Part shown: positions 13,263-26,736 of the stretch, piece by piece
Layout of the letters: each line of letters begins with the position of its first letter
Numbering within the stretch: position 1 is the first letter of the stretch
Assembly (NCBI GenBank): GCA_973895155.1
Contig: OZ316896.1
Span: 19,394,754 to 19,458,753 of the forward strand
DNA: 64,000 nucleotides
Source of the DNA: Marsupella aquatica
Lineage: Eukaryota > Plantae > Marchantiophyta
Direction of reading: 5' to 3'
The notes under the pieces: model-generated
What the model was told of the DNA's origin: nothing
The model's input: the letters and a program-made list of their open reading frames with translations, nothing else
Database searches by the model: none
Program-made: the position numbers and the translations under genes

Positions 13263-16200
13263 GCCTCCTTGGTCCTGCGAATGCAAATCCTCTTTTTACA
13301 AAGCATGTTTTTTAATTCTCATGATGGTTTCTATCCAATAGCGCAATTCCCGTATGACCATGCAGGATTGCATTGCGGCCAGGTGGTTATTTGGGCCATG
13401 TTCTACTGCAACATGCATGGCATGCAAATGTGAAGGTGCTAGCGGTGATGATCCATGTCTAGAGGGACATAGAGTGATGGATTGAGTTATTATGACGCAA
13501 GTTTTAATCACTTTAAATAAAGTTGCACACACCAACAACATGATGACACAGAGAATCTTTCAATTAAAAAGCAATATGTTTCCACTAATACTAATAGGTC
13601 TCTCTCAAAATGACATATAAGTCGCTGGCAATGACCAAAATCTGGACCCACTAGGTTTCAAAGTCATTTTTCCTAAAATTGTGGTGCACATTGGCGTGGT
13701 AGAGGAGAGTAGTGAGTGGACCATGGAAATTGGGGAAGTCCTCGACACTTCCCCATTTTCCAGAGTCAATGGCAATTTGAAACAACTATCCTTTGTTGCA
13801 TGTGATGTGTGAGTCCGCATAATTGACCCCCTTGAGTGAGGGTGAGTAACAGAATTGGATGTTGAGTATTGTTGTTAAGACTCATTTCTTTTCTTCCCAC
13901 CCAACACCCACAAAATAAGTATAGGTTTTTTTATTGGGTTTAGTAAAAGACTTTTTTTGTTGTTGGAATAACATTAGGCCCGGGTTTTAATCCAGTTTTG
14001 ACAATTATAAGAACCACAGATTTTTCTTAAATCAAATGTGTGAACATTCCAAGATTATTCCAAAAAAGTTAGGGATAAAAAAGTCACTAAACAAACTCTA
14101 CTTATGTTTAGGGTGTTTATTCTCCTCAAAACATTACGCATGACATGGGACCCCCCTTTGGAGTGAGGCCCCCGAGCCCCTTGAATGTAGTAGAGAGCCT
14201 CATCAAATGACTCAGCAATAAATTTCCATTGTCACCCATTCAAAACCAGTGAATGTCCACACACCCAAGGAGCTTGGTAAATAAATTACTTCTGATGTCA
14301 AATGAGGGATCCCATGGAAAAGTATACACAATGCATCTACCCGCAAACCACAAGGCTTCCTCTAGTGCCAATCCTGATCCGGATCTTCAAAGGTCACCAA
14401 GTAAAAGCTTTTCCCAAAAATTAATTGAACCTGAAGCATTTGCCAAACTCTTTGGCTAATCATGACATCTTCCACCCATGCCCTGAACGCCGGAGAAAGA
14501 GGAGTTCTATCCAAAGTAGCACTGTGCTTAGCACTGGACATACGACCCCAGACCACCATCACAATTGAAAGGCTGCAAAATTATTCATGTATTAGTATGT
14601 CCTGTTACTGACAGGATGGATCATGTTTTTTTAATTTTTTAATTCTAATTTTTTTTAGAAATGTATGAAACTCCACAAAAAGGGAAGAGTCAACCACAAT
14701 AGTTGGGAAGACTCAGCCCACAACACTTGAACCCAATACCTATCAATCTCTATTCAAGTGAACTACCAGACAGTCATGCTCATGCCTCTGTGTGGGCGAG
14801 GATGGATCATGTTTATTAAAGTTGAGTAACTATTTGGCAATCCTCACCCATATCCTTGCCAGAAATGCTTTGAATTCCTTCCTTTGGTGACACAATACTC
14901 CTTGCTTTCCTGATTTGCTCCTCAAGAGATCTTTCAAGGCGCCCTTGCCCCTTGTTGACAATTTGCCAACAATGAGCAATAAGGGAGAAAGCGAATAGAA
15001 TAAGTAACTGCTGGAGGGACAAGGTTATCAGGAAATGAACTCAAAGTTGCAATCATGGGTGATCTGGCCACTTAGAGATTACCATTCAGGTAGAGCTATT
15101 AAATAACACTTTCCATGTAAATTTTGCGAGTGCGGCTCTCGTCCATTGAAGTTCCGCCCGGTCCATGCAACCGGTGAGTCCATGGCTGGCTTTGACTCCT
15201 TTTCCCAAGTCTCACAAACTCTACCTAAAAGGACTGATACTTTCAATAATTAGTCCTTTTCTCCCCAACAAGGAAATAGTCAAATAGTCATTGCACTCGA
15301 CTTGACTGGTTGGTGTCTTGATGCGCCTCGAGAGTCGAGACTATAGCATTCTGGATTTCTGGCCGCGTGTGCGGCTGTACGGGCTTTTGTGGTATTCTAT
15401 TGGGCGAACTTTAATTCCTAAGGACCATGATCAGCCGTTTCCGGCTTTATCTCAGTCACCCGGTTTTTGTTGGAAACTTGGAATGGAAATGTACAGTCGT
15501 GTGGCTGTTATCGAATATTGGGGACTTTTCAGCTCGTGGACATGACGTATCAAGATGAGAAAGATGCCAATCTCAGAGTCACCCAGCTCCCAGGTTACGA
15601 TTACAGAAATGATTACTGTTTTTTTGGTAGTGGTCATCAGTTGCATCACTTTGCATGTCTTGAGTCCTAACTGTGAGGACTGTGTCCGTGGATCGTAGAC
15701 CCTGGGTACCCACCTGTGACCAGTCGAATGTCGTCTGCTACAGCGAGTTCTCTAAACGAAGAACTGTAGTGATGAATATTGTTTCCGTAAGTTTTTCGTC
15801 ATCATTGGAGTGGCTGACATTTTTCGGACTCATATGACGCACTTAAAACGCGCAACTGATGGTCTTTTGACTGTTTGGTTCAGATTCTCAGATGGACGAG
15901 GATCAATGAGAAAAAGATACTCAATTAGTTGTAAATGGTATGACTATTAGTGGACCCTTTCATGAAAATATCACCGAAGGCTAGTCCCGCTTTCGTCCCA
16001 TGTGTGAGGGTTGGAAGTAGAGCATCTCCAAGTCTACTGGGTAGTAGGGTTTTGTAAGTGACAGGTTATTTGACTATACAATATGCAAAAAGTGAGGTCA
16101 AACCCACTCATGGGAAAACTATAGTTTTCAGGAAGGACTCTTTTGTGACTGGACCTGTAATGGAAGATTATACACTAGCTACTCGCTGACTTCTATTGGG

Positions 16201-16554
16201 TTGGATGTTGGGATTTCGAGATTTCAATCTAGATACTCACATGTTGAGGCTTGTTGTTTAGGGTAACTAGTGTACCCATCAAGGTTGTACCCCACGAGGT
16301 TGAGGCTGCTTGTCAATTGGACATGATAGCTATAGTGTGCATCCTAATTGGACTTGTCTAGGAAGTAGTGCTTGTCCCTAATTCATTTTGGCTACCCTAT
16401 TTTAAGAGTGAAGCCTGCTTGAATAGAAATAACACTAAAGGTGGTTGATTTTTAGGCTAAGACTATTTTGGGTTGATATCCATGGATAAGAGACATTCAC
16501 GCTTGTCAAATCCTTGCTCATGATAACTGTTGACATTGTTTGGCAAGTAGTGTA

Positions 16555-16696
16555 GCCCTGCTGAGGAATCTCAACCATACACATAGAATCAAACTGAAAA
16601 TCTGCAGCACCACTCATCCCCTATTCTAGCCTGTTGAGGAATCTCAACCATACACATAGAATTAAACTGAAAATCTGGAGCACCACTCATCCCCTT
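16555..16696. repeat. Tandem duplication, ~73-bp unit x2
   Basis: GAGGAATCTCAACCATACACATAGAATYAAACTGAAAATCTGSAGCACCACTCATCCCCT occurs twice. Confidence 0.8.
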
Positions 16697-18130
16697 GTTC
16701 TATCAATCATTGAGCCACATCTATGGTAGGGTATTTATCTTTGATTTTTCTCCCAATTTTTGAAGCAAATTTCTAGAATAGCCCACTTCCCAAAGCTGCC
16801 CATTCTCACAACACATCAAATAGTTATGTACCATATCAGTGCACTTATAGATCATTGAAAATTCTCTTCACCACGTTTTCCATAGGGTGGTATCTTTCAT
16901 GCTTAAATTCCTGGAAACTACCCACTTCTCTAAGCTCAACTTCTCAACACATGATGTCCGCACTAGCACATGAGTATATTGTGCTTGATTGTGAATCCCC
17001 ATTGCGTGCATGATTGAGAATCCTCGGCTCACATGATTGCACTGCCATTCAAAAAATAAATTTTGCTGTATACTTTACGAGTTTGCCTTGAAGCACTTAG
17101 TTGCTTTAGTTGTGATATACTTTACCTTTGACTTTGCCTTTGTTGCTTTGCTTTTCGGACATGTACAGAGGATTGTGCTCACTTTTTGTAGACTGTTATA
17201 GGGAGTCCACTTTGAGAGAGCTTTGGCAATGCTGGGCCATCCATGTCCCAACGTAGACAAATGAGGTTGACGCTGCTTATGTCACTATTTCTCCCCCAAC
17301 GTGGGAGTTGGGACCACGGTTTGTCTTGTAGACTGTTCCTGGTGCTAACATGAGAGGACCTCTGGAGCCAGAAGTTGCTGGCCATCTTCTTCAGAATTTG
17401 GTTGCCAAACAGTAGCCAAACTTTATCTGGGCTGTCATGAGAATGACGGGTGCTTTGAGGGTGGGGCCGTTCACTGTATGTCCATCCAAAGCAAAGCCAA
17501 TTACTCTAAAAATAAAATGCCTAAGCTAGATCTGTCTAGAGATAATAAATGCATAGACCCTTATTAATTAAATGACAGCTTGGTCCATTCTTTTAGACCC
17601 CTAAGGAGGACGTGTCAAATTTTTAAGACAAAAACATGCACACACTAAAAAAGAAAATGCCCAATCTAGACCTGTGAGGTCTGGAGATAATGAATGCAAA
17701 GATCCTTTTTGAATAGAAATGGCAGCTTGGTCCATTCCTTTAGACCCCTCACGGCTCACGAGGAGGTCTCAGTTTTTGAGTCAAAACCATGCATACATCC
17801 GATAAAAAATGACGCACAAGGTTCACGTGGAGGATTGAGGGATACAACAACATTGGGGGGCGGGGGGTGTTGGGCGACAGTTTGGTAGTTTATTTATTTA
17901 TAATAGGGAGTCCAGTAGCCCACACTGGTTAAAGGCAGGTATGGTGCTTTGGTGTGTATTGTAAAGGGACAAATATCAGTAAAAATGTGAAACGAAATGG
18001 GCAGGATGACCCTTGTCCCACCAAGTCTTGGTGTGTGCAATCACCTGGGAACTGATGGATCTCGGGTTCAAATTGTAATTCTAACTTCTGGATCTTATTG
18101 AATAAAATAAAATTAGTAACTTTTATAAGG

Positions 18131-19084
18131 TCTTCGTATGTGGCTGCCCCACCCATTTCTTGCAGGTTTACCTCTTTCTTGTACTTGTGGGAAGCCTTGT
18201 GATACCACAGGTGTCCATCTTCTTCGGTGCAGTTTGGAAGGTGAAACCATTATTGTTCACGACGCTGTGCGAGATGCGACTACTCAGGTTCTCTCTGGCT
18301 CTTTGGTATGCGTGCGGCGGGAGGTGGTACTCGAGTTACCTGGTCCTCCATCACAGCGGTTACGGGTGGATCTTACCATGGTCCGTGAGGGTCAACGTAC
18401 ATTAGCAGATGTAGTGGTGGCAAACCCATTGCGCCAAGACATCATTGGGACAGCGGCAACTACGGCAGGGGCAGCAGCGTCACGTGCGACAACAACGAAG
18501 GAGGCCAAATATGCTGCACGAGCTTCATCCGACAGCTTCCTCCCCCTTGCTCTGGAGCTATTTGGGCGTCTTCATCCTCAGTTTGACGGGCTTCTTCGGC
18601 AAGCTGCCCGGGATGTTCATGGCCGCATGGGTCCCACCGGACCCCCGCTTTCTATTTTGACCACGCACTTTTGCCAACGCATTTCAGTCACCTTGCAGCG
18701 TGCTCAAGCTCGGGCCATCTATCGTCGATCTCTTACAGTGGGTGCTAGTGTGCCTCCGCAGCGGCTAGCTCCCCTAGAGGATGTTCCAATCCCACTTGCC
18801 GATCTAGTTTTGACCCTTGATGTGGACCAGTAGCTTTTGGCCACATTCGCTAGGAATGATGAGGACCTCGGTCCGCTTGGGTTAGTTTTAGTCTCTCTTT
18901 CTTGGTTTTTAGGGGTTCCCTATTGCTTATTTCTTACTTTTAGTTCCTCTTTCTTGGTGTTTAGTGATTCCCTTTTGCTCACTTCTTTTTCGATTGGTTT
19001 TGTCCACTTGGGCCCTCTTTTGTTTGTTCATTTGTACTCTGATTGGTCCCTTTGTACATATATAAAAAGTGTGTATATTTGTCC
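18131..19084 (+). mobile_element. 5'-truncated non-LTR retrotransposon, CRE-like clade (zinc knuckle plus restriction-like endonuclease domain and T-rich 3' UTR)
   Basis: ORF 18138-18833: CTCG..HLLRC..HDAVRD..RVD..ADVVVANP..KEAKY..FLPLALELFG..RISVTLQRAQA, the C-terminal CCHC + REL layout of CRE/R2-type elements. Possible 9-bp TSD TTTATAAGG at 18122-18130 and 19085-19093. Confidence 0.8.
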
Positions 19085-19959
19085 TTTATAAGGGATAGGA
19101 AATCACATGGGAACCTGAGTTTCTATTAATGATTTCAAATGTAGAGGCAACTCTAGTATTAATTGTAATCAACTTCACTCGATTGTTCCAGGGTGGCCAA
19201 AGTCTTGCAACCAGACCAGATTAGTCTTGCAACCAGACCAGTATTAGTCTCTCTGTAATCATGGGCAATTTGGGTAGAGTAACTTCAAGAAGTTAATTCA
19301 TGAGGGCATCATTCCCTGCTAATTGTTTACATGGTCCTGCACACAACATCATTGTGCTTGTTGAGTGGGCTAGGTTTCTTTATACAGTTGTACAATTGAA
19401 AAGACATGGAATTGGGGTGAGAGCTTCTGCTTTTTCTAGGCGTAAGTTCACCCTAGTAGTATTCTCTAATTAGCCAATTTTGTCCCAAAGCCTGCTGTCA
19501 CAAACACATTGTTGGAGAGTGAACAGGTGAGTTGCAAAATGTAGAGATGCAAAGAACCAATTAGTCCTCGGAGACAGAGGAATGCTTCTTCCATGATGAA
19601 CCATTCTCTTCAACTCAATTCCACACATCTCTTGGTTTTTCAAGAATAAATGGAAAAAGAAGTTGGGCATGTCTGAGAAGAATGCACAATCAAGATTAAC
19701 ATGCCTTGATTTTCACAATGATTCAACCTTGAGGCATGATAGAAAAACTCTCCTACTTTAGTAAATTAGTTGTCAATTTGAAAATCTGCAAGGCTTTTAA
19801 GTCTATTAAGGTCTCATGATGAGAGCATTGTGAACAATGACAGCCCCTCAAGACATTAAGGACAAAAGCTCATCTCGACACTGATTAGTGCTAACCGCAG
19901 TAATTAGCACATCAATGCTGCCCAAATTTGTCAGGTCCAGTTTTGATTAGGGATGTACA

Positions 19960-20165
19960 AGACTCAAGATCGAGGCTAATCAATGCAATTAGCCCGTACA
20001 AAGCTGCCCGTTGCCCACTTTCTGTAATGCTAGTATTAGGTAAAATATTGGGCGCGATTTCCTTTGGTCAGCAGTTGCCTCTAGGCTGCATGGTAGAGGA
20101 GCTCAGTGGGGCAGGGGAGGTCTCGGGTTCAAATCCTGCTGCAAAGGAAGCTTTTGTCATTCACC
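19960..20165 (+). repeat. Dispersed repeat with tRNA-like A/B boxes (SINE-like), copy 1
   Basis: AAGATCGAGGCTAA..TTAGCCCGTAC..GCTGCC..TGCCCACTTT..TGGTAGAGGAGCTC..GGAGGTCTCGGGTTCAAATCCTGCTG is shared with 63700-64000. Confidence 0.65.
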
Positions 20166-20360
20166 CCACCCAAAAGTGGATTTCATTCATACTCTCTTGA
20201 CTCACCCGGGCTTGTATGCTGGCAGCTACACGTACTTAATGACCCTTGAGCTTGGGTTTCATTGTTTTGGGGATAAGTATCTAGCATGACTGTAATACAG
20301 TTCATTATGACCAAGGAGGTTGCGGGTTCAGAAAGGGGGTTCAGTCATACCTTATTGACA

Positions 20361-21566
20361 GCGATATATGCTTGATGGGCCCCCTGGTGAACCTTTCTTA
20401 CCTGATGGGCCCCTTGGTGAACCTTTCTTGCCTGATGGGCCCCTAGGTAACTTTTCTTACCTAATAGGCCCCTTGTCAGTATTTTTTGTCAAATGTTCTT
20501 ATCACAAGCATTGTAACAAGTTTTCCCTTCATGGAGTGACCAAGCACGTTTTCCAGAAAGACTATGGTCAACCATGACTCCAGGAAAACTGCACGGTTGG
20601 ACCGTGCGGTCGACCCTGCATAAGTGACCGAAAAACCACTAAGACTATTTGGGAGAAACCGCAAAAGTGGCCGCCACTGCCAAAACTGTGATTTGAAGAC
20701 AATATGCATTATGTATTTGGATTCAAAATTTGACCAATTGCAAGGTAGTCATTAGGTTTGCTTAATATATGAGTTTTTTTTGTGACTGTTGGACCGTGCA
20801 GAAGGCCACCCTTGCATGGTCAAAGAAACATGTGGGAGAAACAGGTGAAACAATGGAGATAATGTGGGAGAACCGCAAAAAGCAGCCGCTACTGCCCAAA
20901 CCGCGACTTGAATACAATATGGATTGTCTTTGGGTTTGAATTTTTACCGTATCGCGGGGTAGTCAGTAGGTATGCTTTTCATGTGGTGCACACGGGTTGT
21001 TTGTGATGTTTTCGTGCGCAACTGTCAACATCAGTGTGGAGTACCTCCAAATGTCCACAGTGAATATTCAAGTTCAATGTTTGGAATTCGCCCACTGCCG
21101 CCACGACAAAAATTGACAAATGATCGACAAATGCACTCAAAAAATGGCAATACTCCCCTGCGCAATGCATACAAACAATTCCAAAGAAGACAGGTCACCT
21201 GAAGGTGTCGGGGTACACCCTAAACCCTAAACCTTGAAACATGGGAAAATGTAATTTATTGTGTCTTCATGCATTAACCCGTCGAATCCTGTGGTAATGG
21301 CATTGTTGTCCATTTTGATGAATCGCGTTAGACTTCGATGACCCGTGTGGTGGACTAGGTGCTGTAGACTGTGACGACAAGTGTGGTCGACTGGACCTGG
21401 GAGCACAGTGCACTATGAGGCAATGGGTGTGGTTTACTGTACATAGTAGGCACCACACAAGAACAGGTGTACGGGTCATTAAGAGGGGTCCCACTTGGTT
21501 AAAAAGTTTCATGGGGGCTCATCGGGTAAACAAGTTTCACCAGGGGACCTATCAAGCATATATCTC
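20361..21566. mobile_element. Non-autonomous Mutator-like (MULE) element with a 10-bp TSD
   Basis: TSD CTTATTGACA at 20351-20360 and 21567-21576. Termini G(C/A)GATATATGCTTGAT(G/A)GG..CCCCTGGTGAA form ~80-bp imperfect TIRs containing 30-bp subrepeats. No transposase inside. Confidence 0.88.
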
Positions 21567-24127
21567 CTTATTGACACTTTGAAAATACTTGTACTCGCCT
21601 GTTGCTAATGGGGGCTCAGCTGTGTATGGAGGCTCTTAATGAGCCTCAGTCAATGTTGGGTTTCATTGTGAATCTCAAGACTTGAACTGAAGCTGAGAAG
21701 CTCTCTCTTTGGGGGGCATTATATATGGCGCACGCAACAAGAGTTTATATGTGTTGCCCCTTGTGGGTTTTCTCTTTACATCTTTCAGAGCATTCTTGGA
21801 GAGAATGCCAGGTCAAAATTTGGATCACCTGGTTAGTAAGATTTGACATTGATCACAATGTCAAACCTTGCCAATGTACCCTGACCTTGACCGAGGGCTC
21901 AGTCAAGACAGACTGAGCATGGTTACCCTCCTGGCTGGTGGTCTTAAGAAAAAGAGTAGTTTGCTCTACAACGTTGGGCAAGTTTTTTAGCATCAAGGGT
22001 CATTTGCTCACTAAAATAGATCCTTGTACTTGTACTCAACAACGAGAAAAAGAATTCCTATTTGCTGTGGTACACATGACTTGGCCTTGTCATTAATTTT
22101 AAATTGAAGTTTTGCTTATATTTATTCACCTTCTCTCCCGAGAGAAAACAAAAAGATATTTGAAAATCAAAATGTTGTTCCCCCCATCCTTTTGGTCCCT
22201 CCTGTTAAAACACCCTTATTAATCCTCTACCCCCGCTTGTAGACTGAAATCTTTTTAAAACTGAAAGGGGAAGTACTGTTTAAAATAAATCACATTAAAA
22301 TTCTACCAGTGCCCACTTCTTCTCCCAAGAAAAAAAACAATGTAAAGCCAAAGTACGAAAGTAAGCCATCGCCACAAAAAGCAAAAGAATTGCATGATCC
22401 CCTCACCTCTTTTGTCCTATTGTGTTGTATTTTTCTATCCCCACCTAAGGTGCCATGATGTGACCTCAATGTTGTCTACAAAGTGTACTTATAGGACATA
22501 TATCAGACAATACATTTGAGATCGTTTTAGGACTCTTCACAACAAGTGCAACATGGTTGTTTGTGCCATTCAACAAACTGTAACAGACAATCCATTCTGG
22601 ATAGTTTTGGGGGCCATCATAAAACAAAGTTCAGCTAATGATACCTAGCCAGGAATATCTTTCAGTGAGGTTTGATTCATATCCCGCACCAAAGGCAGAA
22701 AAAGTGAGGTATTTGCTTGGTGGACCCCCAAACCAAACTTTTCTTTCCTAGCTACCAAATGAGATTTTGGGTTGTCAATTTAAAGTCTAAGTATCAAGGT
22801 CTGTCAACTGCCTGGATCACTCAGGTCCCATCAAGTGACACTTTTCATTTGGGGTCACCAAACATATATCTTACTATAAAAATGCGAAAGAAGTTTACTC
22901 TTAAGGGTCTAGGGTCTAGAGTGAAGCCTCTAGACCATAACCCCAATATAGACAAAAGTGATCATGAATCTCAATTAAAAAATACTTAAAATGAGGATTA
23001 ACTAAATAACATAGAAATATTATTGTGCAAGTATTTTTTTTCTTCATATCTGTTTAAGTTCAAGGAATGGGTAATGGGGCTAGTCCCTACAAAATTAAGT
23101 CCACTCCTACACTGTTTTTTGTTAAAGTAAGTGGTTGACTATAAAAGCATTTGGTCCAACCAATACGTGCCACATCATCATACTCTTTCTCATAATGGTG
23201 AGTATATGGTGTGAGATAGTGATACTGTTATGTTATGATGTGCAGGAATGGTACAGCCAGATTATGGCTTGTTTGTGGCAGATCTTACCTTAGCGTCCGC
23301 CAATGCTGCCGAGACTACCATGATGCTTTTACAGTCGCACTCACACTAACTCAAGAGGGGACGTTTTTTGGGTTCTACCCATGAATTCATGTTAGTCACA
23401 CTAATTCTGTGCACATGAATTTAGTGCTAATTTAATTTGGTCTCAAGAGAGTAAAAATAGTGCCAAAAAAACTATTTTGAAAAATAAGCAAGAACTAGAG
23501 TTACTTTGGACTGAAGCTCACTTTCACCAGAATTTGTTTAGTAACTTTAATTTGATAATTGTTAGCTAACACTAATTCTGGTGTGAGCAGTGTAGACGTG
23601 TAGTTGATTCTGTAGGACCCTAGCCATTCTAGACCAACTTCGGAGAGTACTATTTTGAGTCCCTTCACTCGCGACGAAGCCATTGATTTCGGCCAAGCGG
23701 CGTTTAATGTGTGAGACTCTTTCTCTCAGTGATTCCGAAAAAGTGCTGGAACAATTCTCGTGGATCCCAGAAGTTCGGCCTTGGTTACAACTTTGACGGC
23801 GTTTGGGCTTTCGCCTTTCTGGCTCTATTTTGTTTGTTGTTATATTGTTGTCGGCTGATCTCATATTGCGGCATCTCATCAGCTGTCCAACATCTCCAGT
23901 ATAGTGGGCGGAATCAGGTAACAACTGGTGAAAGAGAGAGTCCACAACAACAGCGTGAGAGCCGGTCAATTTGATCTACCAGTACTAATCAAGTTTTGAC
24001 CACCGCGTCTCCGTATTTGTCGCCAGCGAAGAAAAACAGACACTCGATTCCTGGTTGAGTCCGAGTCTCGTGGAATGGGTCCTGGACTCCTGGTCGCTCA
24101 GTATACCAGGTCCATCCGTCCAGAAAT

Positions 24128-24145
24128 GAGGCGTATATATAGATC
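24128..24145 (+). promoter_or_regulatory. Probable TATA box of PAL1
   Basis: GCGTATATATAGA about 400 bp upstream of the PAL1 ATG. Confidence 0.4.
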
Positions 24146-24540
24146 TTGAATTCTCTGAAGCTTAAATCGCTCCTGAACAGCTGTTCAGAAGTTTGGAAGG
24201 GATTCTTGCATCAGCGTCTGCAATCCGATTGACCACTGCAGGAAGTGTGGACTCTAAACAGCTTTTCGAAAATTAATGCGCCCGACTTGCATTGAATTGG
24301 CAGTCTTTCCTGCAATCTTCTTAGAGCTAGATTCTGCTAGTGTACGATCCACCACATTGATTTGGCACTCCATTAGATCAACACTTCGACGAGTGTTTCT
24401 TCCCACGTACGCACTAGAGATTCAATTCAATTGTTCATCACCGTCGTGAGATTCAATTCAGTCCCTCCTCACCATCGTGCCAGGACCTTCTATTGAATTT
24501 TTTTAGTTTGAAGTAAATACTCTTGTGCAATTCCGTCGCC

Positions 24541-26736
24541 ATGGTGATGGAAGTAGCCACCCAGCAACCTTGCGCCACTAGCCTCACTGGCTGGACGGAG
24601 CAGCTTTGTGTGAGTCCCAGACCATTTTCTAATGGGGACGCCATGCAAATTGACTCGGGTCTAAGTGCAGACCCCCTGTACTGGGGACGAGCATCCCAGG
24701 CAATGCAGCGGAGCCACTGGGAGGAAGTGAAGCACATGGTGGAGGAATTTGAGGCGACGAAGGAGGTTGTAATTCAGGGAGTGACCCTCAGTGTGGCTCA
24801 GGTTACGGCTGTGGCGAGACGACCGTCCGTGTCAGTGGTACTCGACGCTGCAGCTGCCAAGGAGAGGGTGGATGAGAGCTCGAATTGGGTGCTCTCCCAC
24901 TCGATGAAGGGAACTGACACCTACGGCGTCACAACGGGCTTTGGGGCCACTTCTCACCGACGAACTAACCAGGGCGAGGAGCTCCAGAAGGAACTCATTC
25001 GCTTCCTCAATGCAGGAGTGCTTGGTAAGGACCCAGCCAACGTGCTGGACGTGGCCACCACTCGAGCTGCAATGCTGGTGAGGACCAACACTTTGCTCCA
25101 GGGTTACTCGGGAATTCGCTGGGAAGTTCTTCAGACTCTGCAGAAGCTTCTGAACAAGCAAATAACTCCCAAGCTGCCCCTCAGAGGCACAATCACCGCA
25201 TCAGGGGACCTGGTCCCTCTTTCCTACATCGCTGGAATTCTTACCGGCAGGTCCAACTCTAGAGCGGTCACTGAAGATGGGAAGGTCGTGACTTCCCATG
25301 AAGCCATGAAAATGTGCGGACTTCTGAAGCCCTTTGAGCTGAAGCCTAAAGAAGGACTAGCTATGGTGAATGGTACCGCAGTAGGTTCTGGACTGGCCTC
25401 CACTGTCTGCTACGACGCCAACGTCTTGGCATTGTTTGCAGAGGTATCATCCGCATTGTTTTGTGAGGTGATGCAAGGCAAACCAGAGTTCACCGATCAC
25501 TTGACTCACAAGCTCAAGCATCACCCTGGGCAGATCGAGGCAGCAGCCATCATGGAATACGTGCTCGAAGGCAGCTCCTACATGAAGGCAGCTGCGAAAC
25601 TGCACGAGACAGATCCTTTGAAGAAGCCCAAGCAGGATCGGTATGCCTTGAGAACGTCACCGCAATGGTTGGGTCCTCAAATTGAGGTCATCCGCGCGGC
25701 AACCCATGCCATCGAGCGTGAGATTAACTCCGTGAACGACAACCCGCTCATTGATGTTTCCAGAGATCTGGCCCTGCATGGAGGGAACTTTCAAGGAACT
25801 CCAATCGGAGTGTCTATGGATAACATGCGTCTCGCAATTTCAGCTCTGGGAAAGCTGATTTTTGCCCAGATGTCTGAACTCGTGAACGACTTTTACAACA
25901 GCGGATTGCCTTCCAATCTGACTGGAGGCCCGAATCCGAGCCTGGATTACGGCTTCAAGGGAGCGGAAATAGCCATGGCTTCCTACTGTTCTGAGCTGCT
26001 GTATCTTGCGAATCCGGTGACCACACACGTGCAGAGTGCGGAGCAGCACAACCAGGACGTCAACTCCCTTGGGCTGATTTCGGCTCGGAAGACGGCAGAG
26101 GCGATTGAGATCTTGAAGCTGATGTCTTCCACGTTTCTGGTAGCAATGTGCCAAGCGGTCGATTTGAGGCATTTGGAAGAGAACATGCAAGCGAGCGTGA
26201 AGCATGTCGTGGCCCAGGCCGCCAAGAAGACTCTCTTTTCCAGCGCCGATGGTGCGCTTCTAACGTCTCGCTTTTGCGAGAAAGATCTTCTGAAAGTGGT
26301 CGATGACCAGCCTCCATTTTCATACATAGACGATGCCACTAGCGCCTCCTACCCGTTAATGCAGAAACTGAGGCAAGTTCTGGTTAACCACGGTCTCCGA
26401 AAGGAAAATGAGACCTCCGACATTTTCAAAAGGATCTCGGTGTTCGAGGAGGAGGTGAAAAGTCAGCTTGAGGCAACGGTTCCAGAAATTCGACGTCAAT
26501 TTGACTGTGGTGTTGCCAGTGTACCCAATAGAATCAGTGACTGCCGAAGCTTCCCTCTGTACAATTTCGTAAGATCGCTGGGCACGAAGCTGCTAGTAGG
26601 AACAGAGACGAGGTGTCCAGGAGAAGATATTGAGCTAGTTTACGATGCCATGACCGAAGGTCAATTGGCTGGTCCCCTCCTCCAGTGCTTAGACGGATGG
26701 AAAGGAGCTCCCACTGCTCCCAGGCGAAAGGCTTAG
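24541..26736 (+). CDS. PAL: Phenylalanine ammonia-lyase (PAL1), 731 aa, intronless
   Basis: MIO-forming [34 protein letters not shown] (Phe at the specificity position, so PAL rather than PTAL), QDRYALR, HGGNFQG and [12 protein letters not shown]. First ATG at 24541; the ORF track starts at an upstream TTG. Confidence 0.97.
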   Translation: MVMEVATQQPCATSLTGWTEQLCVSPRPFSNGDAMQIDSGLSADPLYWGRASQAMQRSHWEEVKHMVEEFEATKEVVIQGVTLSVAQVTAVARRPSVSVVLDAAAAKERVDESSNWVLSHSMKGTDTYGVTTGFGATSHRRTNQGEELQKELIRFLNAGVLGKDPANVLDVATTRAAMLVRTNTLLQGYSGIRWEVLQTLQKLLNKQITPKLPLRGTITASGDLVPLSYIAGILTGRSNSRAVTEDGKVVTSHEAMKMCGLLKPFELKPKEGLAMVNGTAVGSGLASTVCYDANVLALFAEVSSALFCEVMQGKPEFTDHLTHKLKHHPGQIEAAAIMEYVLEGSSYMKAAAKLHETDPLKKPKQDRYALRTSPQWLGPQIEVIRAATHAIEREINSVNDNPLIDVSRDLALHGGNFQGTPIGVSMDNMRLAISALGKLIFAQMSELVNDFYNSGLPSNLTGGPNPSLDYGFKGAEIAMASYCSELLYLANPVTTHVQSAEQHNQDVNSLGLISARKTAEAIEILKLMSSTFLVAMCQAVDLRHLEENMQASVKHVVAQAAKKTLFSSADGALLTSRFCEKDLLKVVDDQPPFSYIDDATSASYPLMQKLRQVLVNHGLRKENETSDIFKRISVFEEEVKSQLEATVPEIRRQFDCGVASVPNRISDCRSFPLYNFVRSLGTKLLVGTETRCPGEDIELVYDAMTEGQLAGPLLQCLDGWKGAPTAPRRKA

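Noticed and set aside
13600-15060. Possible L1-like LINE remnants
   Set aside because: Only faint motif hints (e.g. ILVIASDL), too degraded to support.
21215-21240. ACCCTAAACCCTAAACC telomere-like motif
   Set aside because: Only about two units; common interstitial telo-box-like sequence.
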